Positions 52,947 through 62,600 of a DNA stretch of 64,000 nucleotides are shown piece after piece (position 1 is the first letter of the stretch; every line of letters begins with the position of its first letter). The DNA comes from Bacteroidota bacterium (GTDB lineage Bacteria; Bacteroidota; Ignavibacteria; Kapaibacteriales; Kapaibacteriaceae). The position numbers were made by a program, and so were the translations under genes. Location: the NCBI GenBank assembly GCA_039795225.1, contig JBDKEN010000001.1, positions 85,610-149,609 of the forward strand, in the 5' to 3' direction. Below the pieces are notes generated by a model, which worked only from the letters and a program-made list of their open reading frames with translations, was not told the origin of the DNA and ran no database searches.

Positions 52947-53743
52947 TCGTCCGCAGACATGCGGTGCTCAGTATCCTGCTCTTGCTAGCAGGACTGTACC
53001 AGGCCGTCTATGCACAATCCGTTTTCGATACTTGTGGTGCTGAGGGTAGTGCCGTCAGATCCGATGTGCGCGCTATCAACCGCAAGAAGAATCGGGATGG
53101 ATTCCCCACCGATGCGCAGATTAATCGGTCGGTGACGTTCGGGGCTATGCTCGCTGCGCGTGAAGCCCCGGCAACATTCCGTGAGGGGGAGGCAGCAGAG
53201 ATCACCGCGTATGTTTCAGACGTCAAGATTGGTGCTGTTGAGAGTGTGAACTGTAAGGCGAAAGACCACTGGCACCGAGATACCCATATTGAACTAACGC
53301 TCGATCCCAATGATGCCAATAACCCGGCAAAGATCCTGGTGGTAGAAGTAACACCTCGGTTCCGTCAGGCAATGAAGGATCGTGGTATCGACTGGTCGCA
53401 GCAGGCACTGCGAGACAACTTCCTCGGACGCTGGGTTACGGTTCGTGGTTGGCTCTTTTATGATGCCCTACATGCCGACGAGTCTGCTGGCGCAGGTTCA
53501 TCCAAGATCTGGCGAGGCTCACCTTGGGAGATTCATCCCGTGACCGACCTGAGGGTTACCTCTCGGCCATCTGTCATTGAACGTGTTCCAGCTTCGGCAC
53601 CTCCAACCGAAGGTATCAAACGCGCCCCAGAGGGCCCGTCGAACAGGTCACGTTCACAATGCCAGGGGGTGACGAAGGCTGGTCGGCGGTGCTCACGGAC
53701 AACTACAGATGCGACTGGATTCTGTTGGCAACACCAACGATGA
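52943..53743 (+). CDS. Hypothetical secreted protein with a C-terminal Cys/His zinc-ribbon-like tail
   Basis: ATG at 52943 ([25 protein letters not shown]) overlaps the pyrC stop (ATGA). The central ..[19 protein letters not shown].. motif is of unknown family. The tail is [27 protein letters not shown]. Confidence 0.6.
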   Translation: MIVRRHAVLSILLLLAGLYQAVYAQSVFDTCGAEGSAVRSDVRAINRKKNRDGFPTDAQINRSVTFGAMLAAREAPATFREGEAAEITAYVSDVKIGAVESVNCKAKDHWHRDTHIELTLDPNDANNPAKILVVEVTPRFRQAMKDRGIDWSQQALRDNFLGRWVTVRGWLFYDALHADESAGAGSSKIWRGSPWEIHPVTDLRVTSRPSVIERVPASAPPTEGIKRAPEGPSNRSRSQCQGVTKAGRRCSRTTTDATGFCWQHQR

Positions 53744-53764
53744 TTTCGGCTGTATCTTCGCCAC

Positions 53765-55054
53765 ATGATACGCACCCGTCCACGTTCCGTCTGGACGCCC
53801 CCTAGCGACATTCTTCTTCCCAACGGCATTCGCATCGTTTGCGATCCCGTGTCCCACGTCGACTCAGCAGCCATTGGCATCTGGGTTCGTGCGGGAACGC
53901 GTGATGAGCCCCGTGGAAGTCATGGCGTTGCTCATTTTGTTGAACACACCTCGTTTCGTCGAACGCGAAACCGCACGGCCTCGAAGATTTCAAAAGACTT
54001 TGAAAATCGAGGGGCATACGCCAACGCGTATACCACCAAGGAGGAGACGTGCTACTATGTGCGCACGCTGAGCGAGCACATCGACAACGTCCTTGACACC
54101 CTGGTTGATGTTGTTCTGTGGCCAACCTTTGTCGATGCGGATATTGAGAAGGAACGGTCGATCATCACCGAGGAGATCCGATCGTACGAGGATGAACCCG
54201 AAGAGCACATTTTTGATATTGGTGAAACGCAGATGTTTCCGCGGCATGCTCTTGGCTCGCCGATTGTGGGGACGGTACAGGACGTGCAGCGATTGCAATC
54301 CGAAGATGTTCGTTCATTTCATCAACGTCATTATCATGCCGGCTCGATTGTTGTTGCCGTCAGCGGACGATGCGAACCAGATGTTCTTGCGCGTAGCGTC
54401 GAAAAGCTGATGTCGCTGGCCCCCGCACGCCAGTCATTGCATCGGCGGTCGGCACCAATGCCCCGCGAGGCTACCCACATCACAGTCGATCGACCGTCAC
54501 AACAGGCACATGTGCTCTGGCAAACACGAACACCCGGTTGCCGCGATGAAGACCGTTTTGCACTGCAGATTTTAAATGTCGTGCTTGGTGATGGAATGTC
54601 TTCCCGGCTGAACGTTCGACTGCGTGAGTCACGCGGTCTAACCTACTCTGTCTACTCACAGCTGCAACTCTTTGCCGATTGCGGCCTCATGGCAATCTAT
54701 GCCGGCGTTGATGAGGATAATCTTGCGAAAGCTGAAGGGGGCATACGCCGCGTTCTTACTGAGATTGCCGATTCGGGTATTACCGCGGCTGAATACCGTC
54801 GGGCTATTGCACAGCTGCGTGCCGGCAAACTCATGTCACTCGAGTCCCTGACTGCCAGAATGACGCTCCTTGGTAAAGGAGTTATGGAGCTTGGTACACC
54901 CGAGGATCCTAGCGCTACAATCGAGTCATTACTCGCTGTTCGTCGTGAGGACGTCGCAAGAGTCGCCGCGAAATACTGTCAGCCGGATCAATGGAGCACC
55001 TGTACGATGCGGCCGATTGCCGAAGGGAACCGCGCCGGCGAGATCATGGAGTGA
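53765..55054 (+). CDS. M16-family zinc peptidase (pitrilysin-like)
   Basis: 429 aa with the HxxEH motif as HFVEH. Typical two-domain M16 length. Confidence 0.9.
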   Translation: MIRTRPRSVWTPPSDILLPNGIRIVCDPVSHVDSAAIGIWVRAGTRDEPRGSHGVAHFVEHTSFRRTRNRTASKISKDFENRGAYANAYTTKEETCYYVRTLSEHIDNVLDTLVDVVLWPTFVDADIEKERSIITEEIRSYEDEPEEHIFDIGETQMFPRHALGSPIVGTVQDVQRLQSEDVRSFHQRHYHAGSIVVAVSGRCEPDVLARSVEKLMSLAPARQSLHRRSAPMPREATHITVDRPSQQAHVLWQTRTPGCRDEDRFALQILNVVLGDGMSSRLNVRLRESRGLTYSVYSQLQLFADCGLMAIYAGVDEDNLAKAEGGIRRVLTEIADSGITAAEYRRAIAQLRAGKLMSLESLTARMTLLGKGVMELGTPEDPSATIESLLAVRREDVARVAAKYCQPDQWSTCTMRPIAEGNRAGEIME

Positions 55055-55058
55055 TGTG

Positions 55059-58000
55059 ATGCTGAATCCACAACAGCTCGCGGCGCTCGACCGCCATGTG
55101 CACTGTGCTGTTGTTGCCAACGCAGGTTCTGGCAAGACGGCAGTCCTCGTCGATCGGTTCATGCAGATTCTGCTGCTCGAGCCTATCCGTCTTGATCAGG
55201 TGGTCGCAATTACCTTCACACGCGCTGCTGCAGCAGAAATGCGCCAGCGCTTGCACGAGAAAATTCAAGAGCTGCTCAGCTCGGAAGAGGCACGAGCCCC
55301 ATACCGGGATCATCTCTCCAATGATGCACTTCTTGCTCGTCTTCAAACGCTGTCGGTCCAGATTGGGTCTGCACGCATCAGCACCTTCCACAGCTTTTGT
55401 GCAGGCCTCGTGCGTCAGTACGCCGACGTGATCGGCAGAAGTGCTGATACTGCCGATGCCGATGCTCGACTTCGGCAAGAGCTTTGTGCTGAAGCTGTTG
55501 ACCGGACATTCCGGCAAATGCTCAGTCGTGAAGGCATCCAAGATGAGGAGATGCAGCAGATTCTCGACATCATGCCGGCCACGTCACTTCAATCACTTGT
55601 CTCTGGTTTGACCCTCAACTCTGCGCTTCGACGTGAGGTCGAACGTGTTCTCGACGAACCTGTCGACGAGGCACTGACGCGACGCCGTGCAGAAAGTGAT
55701 GCACAAATTCACGTCGCTGGCATCGAGCTTGCACGGCGGTTTGCTGCCTTCCTCACGCCATGGTGTAACGTTCCAGAAATCATGAGCTGTCATGATGAAT
55801 TTCTGAGCCTCGCCGATCGTCTGGCAGTCAACGACCCTTCAGCAGGAACAGATCTTGCGCAGCATCTGGCAGCGTGGTTCACGTCCACGCGGACAGTTCG
55901 AAAGAATCAGCTCTCGTCGGCTTCAAAAACTGCAAGCCTTCCCGAGGCCTATCCCTCGTCATTCAATGCGCTCATCGCCACCGCAACGGCATCATGGGAC
56001 GAGGATGTTGAGCGACAACAGCTTGGAATCATTCGTGGCCTCGCCCGACTGGCGCAGCAATCGGCTGCGGAGTTTGGACGTTTAAAACGGCGACGGAACG
56101 TTATTGATTTCGATGATATGATTGACGACGCAATGCACTTGCTGCAGCATCCGGAGATCTCAGCCTCGTTGCGCTCATCTATCGCCTACATCATGATCGA
56201 CGAGTTCCAGGATACAGATCCAACGCAGTATCGAATGCTTGAATTACTCGCACCGGCGCTTACCGATCAGTCAGGGGGCGGACCGAATGTCTACATTGTC
56301 GGCGACGATAAGCAGAGCATTTATCAATTCCGTAATGCCGACGTTCGATTGTTTCGTCGCGCACGTAACGCCATTGCCAGTGCGAACAATTGGCGACAAT
56401 CAAGTGACACAGGTTTGCGTCCAATGTCAATGTCCTACAGGATGCACCAGCATCTCGTTGCTGACATCAACGTGCTCTGCCGACATGCCTTTGGAAGTGT
56501 CGCCGCACCGGCTGACGATGATGAGAAGTCATACGACGTTGCCTATGCGGATCTTGAGGCCGCGCTGATACGAGATACCGAACCAACAAGCTCATCGATC
56601 CGTCTAATCACAACACCTATTGAAGCGATGAAGACGGCCTCTGAGTTTGAGGCCATTGCTGAGCATATCGTCTCGATTCTGCATCCAGAATCGGACCTGG
56701 TAGTTTTTGACAAGGCTGTTCCGCGACGATCGCCACGTGCTGGTGACATCGCCGTGCTGGTGTATAGCAATGCCATGAAGAATCTCATGGCGGATGCGCT
56801 GCGAAGCCGCGGCATTCCAAGCATTGTCTACGGTGGACGATCCTTCTTTTCGCGACCTGAGATTGCGGACATCCGTGCAGCGATCCGTGCAGCACTCGAT
56901 CCTCTCGACGACCTTTCAACGGCAATCGTTATGCGATCGCCGCTGTTACGATGCAATGATGAGATCATCACCGCTGCTGCGCTACTGGGACGTAAGTCCA
57001 GCCTCCAAGATGGACTTGCGACCCTCGCAAATGCGCCAGATGCCCCTTCTGAAGCGCAGGCGGCATTGGCGTTTTTGCATAGCGTTCGTAACGATCTACG
57101 TGTGCATCCAATCAGCGAGGTTATCAAGCCAATGCTTCAGCAGTGTGCATGGCATCTTGCTGTGGCACATGATGTTCGGTACGAGCAAATGTTGGCGAAC
57201 ATCGATAAACTTCAGACGGTATGTGCTGACTACGAGCAGACCCAATCCTCATCATTGGCTGATGTTCTCAATGCAATCAGTATTCCGGAGGAAGATCTCG
57301 AGGCTGAAGGCATCGTCGTGAGCAATGAGAATGCTGTTCACATTATGACGATTCACGGGGCGAAGGGGCTCGAGTTTCCGATCGTGGCTCTGGCAGGACT
57401 TCAGACATCCTACTCGGCTGATCAGTTCATTGTCTCGAATCAGATTGGCCCATCCATCAGCACTCCCGCCAAGCGTTCAGATCTCCAAAATCCTCTTGCT
57501 ATCGTCTCGCAACCGCAGGCATGTTCACACGAAGCGAATAAATACATCGCCCTGCGTCGTGAGGAAGCACAGTATCGACGGCTCCTCTACGTGGCACTTA
57601 CGCGTGCCAAATCCCATCTGCTTCTCTCCGTGCCAACGCCAGAGACGGCCACTGCTGCGACGGGGCTGCTGGGTATTCTAACAAGTGCAATTGATGCAGT
57701 TGGGAAGCGCCACGAATGGACTGTACCATTGCCGTCTCGCTCGTATGTAGAGATGTTGACATCACCCATTGAGAGGGCCTCCGACAGCCCGGTCTATGAT
57801 GTCATACCTGCACCAGCACCGATCCTTGTTACAGCAAGTGATCTGCATCGGAGGCATCAAACGATGCAAGCATCCGGTTCACTACGGCGCATAACACGAG
57901 GTGAGACGTCGTCAAGCGTCTATGGTTCGGCTGTGCATTCTGCATTTGTGGAGGTTCTTCGTAACCAATGCTACGAACCTTCGGACACTCGCACATCATG

Positions 58001-58451
58001 TATCATCGCTGCGCTTTCCCATTCGGAGCTCGATCGCATCGAAGCAGAGCGGGCCCTGAACGAAGTCATGGCAGTATTCGACAGCGCACTGTTTAATGAT
58101 CACCGTGAGAAATTCTTTGCCGCAGTTGTCGAAGGGGCTCTCATCGCCCTCCATGGTGATACGCTGATTGAGGGAGTACTCGACGTTCGTATGGAGCCCC
58201 GTGATGGGATCGTCGAAGTTTGGGATTGGAAGACGAACGTCGTCAGTTCCGAAGAGCATCTCCATCGGCTTGCGAAGCAGTACGAGACGCAAATGCAGAC
58301 CTACGCATGGCTTTGTCGGCAAGTGATACCGGGATGTCAACACGTGACCACTCGCCTCGTGTTTACGAAGGCAGCCGTGCTTGGTTTCCCAGAGATTGAT
58401 GTCGTGCAGCACTGGACTGCTGCGACAATCACCCTACCCGACGTTGACTAA
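55059..58451 (+). CDS. UvrD/AddA-type helicase with a C-terminal PD-(D/E)XK nuclease domain
   Basis: ATG at 55059 (MLNPQQLAALDR) lies 4 nt after the M16 stop. Helicase motifs are NAGSGKT, IMIDEFQDTD, VGDDKQSIYQFRNAD, TIHGAKGLEF and YVALTRAK. The C-terminal VWDWKT..QYETQMQTYAW is RecB-nuclease-like. The track start at 54870 overlaps the M16 gene and is rejected. Confidence 0.9.
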   Translation: MLNPQQLAALDRHVHCAVVANAGSGKTAVLVDRFMQILLLEPIRLDQVVAITFTRAAAAEMRQRLHEKIQELLSSEEARAPYRDHLSNDALLARLQTLSVQIGSARISTFHSFCAGLVRQYADVIGRSADTADADARLRQELCAEAVDRTFRQMLSREGIQDEEMQQILDIMPATSLQSLVSGLTLNSALRREVERVLDEPVDEALTRRRAESDAQIHVAGIELARRFAAFLTPWCNVPEIMSCHDEFLSLADRLAVNDPSAGTDLAQHLAAWFTSTRTVRKNQLSSASKTASLPEAYPSSFNALIATATASWDEDVERQQLGIIRGLARLAQQSAAEFGRLKRRRNVIDFDDMIDDAMHLLQHPEISASLRSSIAYIMIDEFQDTDPTQYRMLELLAPALTDQSGGGPNVYIVGDDKQSIYQFRNADVRLFRRARNAIASANNWRQSSDTGLRPMSMSYRMHQHLVADINVLCRHAFGSVAAPADDDEKSYDVAYADLEAALIRDTEPTSSSIRLITTPIEAMKTASEFEAIAEHIVSILHPESDLVVFDKAVPRRSPRAGDIAVLVYSNAMKNLMADALRSRGIPSIVYGGRSFFSRPEIADIRAAIRAALDPLDDLSTAIVMRSPLLRCNDEIITAAALLGRKSSLQDGLATLANAPDAPSEAQAALAFLHSVRNDLRVHPISEVIKPMLQQCAWHLAVAHDVRYEQMLANIDKLQTVCADYEQTQSSSLADVLNAISIPEEDLEAEGIVVSNENAVHIMTIHGAKGLEFPIVALAGLQTSYSADQFIVSNQIGPSISTPAKRSDLQNPLAIVSQPQACSHEANKYIALRREEAQYRRLLYVALTRAKSHLLLSVPTPETATAATGLLGILTSAIDAVGKRHEWTVPLPSRSYVEMLTSPIERASDSPVYDVIPAPAPILVTASDLHRRHQTMQASGSLRRITRGETSSSVYGSAVHSAFVEVLRNQCYEPSDTRTSCIIAALSHSELDRIEAERALNEVMAVFDSALFNDHREKFFAAVVEGALIALHGDTLIEGVLDVRMEPRDGIVEVWDWKTNVVSSEEHLHRLAKQYETQMQTYAWLCRQVIPGCQHVTTRLVFTKAAVLGFPEIDVVQHWTAATITLPDVD

Positions 58452-59625
58452 GTGCCTCGGCAGCAGCAACAGCAGAAGACCAGGCCCATTGAAAGTTGTA
58501 GCCACCTAGCCACCCGGTGACGTCGACGACTTCGCCGATGAAGAACAGACCATCAACAATCATACTCTCCATCGTCTTGGATGACAAGCGAGTGGTGCAC
58601 ACACCACCCGAGGTGACTTCGGCCTTGGCATAACCTTCCGTTCCGACTGGATGCAGCCTCCACGACTTCAGCGCTTGGATTGTCGATACAATCTCTGTGC
58701 GCTTGACGGAGTTGACGGCCCGATCAAGAACTGGACTTGGCCAGACATCTAGCAGCCTCTGAGGCAGATACTCAGAAAGCACCGAGCGCAGATACCGACG
58801 CTCTGAAGGATAGTCATCAATGACTGCATCGGCAGGAAGATCGGGCAACAAATCGATTGTAAACTCTGAGCTATCTCGCAGATAGCTGGAGATCTGCAGG
58901 ATTGCCGGACCACTCATTCCACGGTGCGTGAAAAGTATATTTTCACGAAATCGACCTTGCGCTGTGGAAACAACTGCCTCACAGGAAATCCCAGAGAGAG
59001 CCCCATACGTGTGCCAGTCGGATACTGGGAACGTGAGTGGAACAAGAGCTGGAAGGGGCGACACTATCGGGTGTTGAAATGTTTGCGCAATACGATACCC
59101 AAGATCAGAGGCACCCAAGGATGGAATACTCAACCCGCCGGTCGCAACAACGAGGGACGGAGCTACCACAGTAGCGATGCCATCGTCTGTTCCGTAGCTG
59201 ACTTCATACATATCCGCATGCTTCCAGGAGGAGATCTGTGCACGGTAGAGAATCTTCACCCCGCCACGCTCACACTCTGACAGAAGCATATCAATGATCT
59301 GTTGAGCGGAACCGTCGCAAAAGAGCTGGCCAAGCGTCTTTTCATGCCACGCTATGCGATATGAATCGACGAGCTCAATAAAGTCTTGAGGTCGATAGCG
59401 CGCTAATGCCGACCGAGTAAAGTTTGGATTTTGTCCAATAAACTGGTGGTGTGATACGGATCGATTCGTGAAGTTGCACCGGCCTCCACCGGAGATGCGG
59501 ATCTTCTTCCCCGGTCGATCATTGTGCTCAAGAACAACGACGCGACAGCCACGCTGCGCTGCTTGCGCAGCGCACATCAGGCCAGCGGCCCCGCCACCAA
59601 GGATAACAACATCGAACTGGTGCAA
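58429..59625 (-). CDS. NAD(P)/FAD-dependent oxidoreductase, HI0933/YhiN (BaiN-like) family
   Basis: 398 aa with VVILGGGAAGLMCA and GKKIRISGGGRCNFTN motifs. Its 3' end overlaps the convergent helicase gene by 23 nt. Confidence 0.9.
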   Translation of the reverse strand: MHQFDVVILGGGAAGLMCAAQAAQRGCRVVVLEHNDRPGKKIRISGGGRCNFTNRSVSHHQFIGQNPNFTRSALARYRPQDFIELVDSYRIAWHEKTLGQLFCDGSAQQIIDMLLSECERGGVKILYRAQISSWKHADMYEVSYGTDDGIATVVAPSLVVATGGLSIPSLGASDLGYRIAQTFQHPIVSPLPALVPLTFPVSDWHTYGALSGISCEAVVSTAQGRFRENILFTHRGMSGPAILQISSYLRDSSEFTIDLLPDLPADAVIDDYPSERRYLRSVLSEYLPQRLLDVWPSPVLDRAVNSVKRTEIVSTIQALKSWRLHPVGTEGYAKAEVTSGGVCTTRLSSKTMESMIVDGLFFIGEVVDVTGWLGGYNFQWAWSSAVAAAEALSQRRVG

Positions 59626-59631
59626 TGGTAC

Positions 59632-62600
59632 CTACTTGGCGATCACGAATGGAACAGTCGACGAGAACACACCAGCATTGATGCGCAGCACATACATTCC
59701 CGATGAAAGATCCGCAGTATCAAAGCGTACCGCGTATTCACCGCCTGCCAACGTCAGAGACCCATCAAGCACGGTTCGCACAACCGTTCCGCGTGAGTCG
59801 ACTACATCGAGAACCACGGGAACTGTCTCTTGCATCCTGAAGGATACAAGCGCTTCATCAACCGCTGGCTGCGGTTGAATCTGTACGCGCGGCTTACCGA
59901 CGTTCGAGAACCTGACAACCGTGATGTTACACTTCCCAGAGATCTCGACGGGTGATGATCCAGGCTGCGAAACAATGTCAAGAAACTGCAGGCTATCCGA
60001 GGTGTACCCACTTGATGTGACGCTCATCGTTGTGTTGGCCTGCTCCGGTGCCATGAGGACAAACCGCAGCTGCGCGATCGGACCCGAACGCAAGCTGTCG
60101 GCCCCCTTCACACCAATCCCAATCGTTCCCAAGGCTGGAGTGACGGTAGTGTTGGCTGGCTTTGCAGCAGATACCATATCGACAAACTTCAGCGATTGCG
60201 GATCATACGTCAGGTTAACGTCAAAGTTGAGTCCATTCAAGAAATGCGTCACACCGTTATAGGTCACGGAGATGTCTTTATCCATCATCACAGGAACGAC
60301 AATCGTATCTCCGATCCCGCCTTGGAATGGGGTTGACACAAAGAATTTCGAGGTCGGCATAAGGGCAAGGTCGAACTCAGGTGCATAGCCCCATCCTTCG
60401 GCCGTCGTCGTATCACGCACATCACATGGATATCCGCTAACGACGCGTGGTGAGGAGGAAACATATTCTTCCTTGCGCGGACAGAATCGTAGCGTGACGA
60501 CGGCTGAATCTCCGGGTGCAATCGAATCACCGATTGCCGGCACAGCGTTCACGATGGTCGTCCACGTGGGTAGATCCAAAAGCTCTGTGACGGCATTGCG
60601 AACATCGCCGGTATTGAACACGGTGATTGTTCGATCGGCACACTCGAGGATGCGAACAGAATCAAAGTCGACAGGTTGTTGGATGAGAATGTCTGACTTC
60701 ACAGCTCGGATACGCCCCTTATCACCATCAGCGATGAGCTTGTAAAGGATAACATCCTCCGTGTCAAAACTGATACTATCGATCGTTAGCTGACTGTTAG
60801 CGCGGTTATTGTTCTTCGTCACAAACCGCATCGTTGCAAACATCGCACCAGAGTCAACCTTACAGAAGTTCTTGAGCACGAGAGTATACCCCCAGGACGG
60901 GGCTTGAGTAACGTTGATCGATGGTTTGTACTTGACACCACCGGTCACTGATGTGCACTCATTGAGCAAGATCGGCGAGCTGACATCAAGGAGTCGCAAC
61001 TGCGTTGTGTCAAAATCCAAGCGCATTGCAATGTCGACCACCGAAGCATCGATTGCCTTTGAGCTATAGATAGGAACAACAAGCGTATCACAGGAAATCA
61101 TCGAGAAGGTATCGAGCACTGTAGTCTTCGGGTTGAAGACAAACTGCATACCCTTGATCTGTGCAAATCCTGAGCCGCGAACGAGCACGGTAGTGTCCCA
61201 TCCGACACAAGGAGAAGAGATCCAGAACTTGAGACGTGTACGATAATCCTTTGGCGCTCGTGGACGCTGTCGCAATTGAACCGTGAGTGTTCCGCCGGGC
61301 TTGATCTTCTGCGGCCAAACCGTTGGAGCCGCGATGACGAATACGCGGTCGTCTGGCATGAATGTAACAGAGTCCACCACGACCGAATCCTGATTGGGGT
61401 TCAGCCGGAAGTCAGGAATCTCGAGGGTGACGTTCAGGATCTGCGGACTGAGGACATCGATCACACCTGGTGGGAACTGTACCGATGTTGGCTTAGGTCG
61501 GAATGTAAGCGAGCGCTTTCCGACCAAGAAGGTCTCAAGTGTATTGCTCCACTGTGACCCAGAGGCTTTGATGTGCATGGCTGCCCGACACTCCATGAGT
61601 GCAGAGTCCGCCGGCGTTCGTGGGCAGAAGTTAATTGTTACAGTATCTCGCTCGCCAGGGGGCACCTTGTAGGGTACCGCCCCTGTTGGTGAGAACTTCG
61701 ACTTCCATGTAAAGAATTGTGGCTTACCACCGGGAACCCCAGCCGAATCGATCCACATGTTCTCAACGGTCATGTCGAACCGAAGCGATCCATTTAAGAG
61801 TTCGATACTGCGCTCAATACATTCACATGGACGCACGTAACCGAAGTTCACAAGCGACAGGGCGCTTTCGAGTTTGATGATAACACCCCGTCCCGTCATT
61901 GCACCCGTGCCTGTAATCACGCACGGATCAGAAGAATAGGCTGTGAGTGTTCCTGAATACCCGCGAGCAGCATCTGGAGCAAACTCGACGTCGACCCGAA
62001 TCGAATCTCGTGGGCCGAGGACAAGTGGAACTGCACGACTTGTACCCAGGATGCGGAACCCTTGGGCAATTCCGAGTGAGTCTACTCGCACCGGCAGTGA
62101 TGATGTGTTTTCGATGATCATCTGCATGCGTTTGACATCGCCCACCTCTACGGTTCCAAAGGCCGTGTTTTGTGACACGAACAGCTTTGGAGCAACAGAT
62201 GTCCCGATCAACTGCACCTGCCAGTCTGCTCGACTCGCATCTTTGAATCGAATGTAGGCACGATCTGCACGATCACGGGCAGGATCGATTGGCGTATAGC
62301 GCGTCTTGAACGTAATCGAACCGTTCGCTGGAATTGTCCGCGATGTACCGTTGATCGATGTTGGTGGATCAATGATGGCCATGCGTCCGCCCGAGAGGTC
62401 AACAAACTGGAGCTCGTCGATGCGCCGCGGGGTATCAGTCATGTTGTTGATCGATACCGAGTCCTCACGAGACTGACACGAAATAACATTCTGCGTTTCC
62501 ATGACCAGAGGCTGGAACCGGAAAATCTCCATTCTCCCCCGCCCCTTGAGATCAATACAATCTGTCGTGTAGCATCGAGTTTCGAACAGACACAGCCGGT

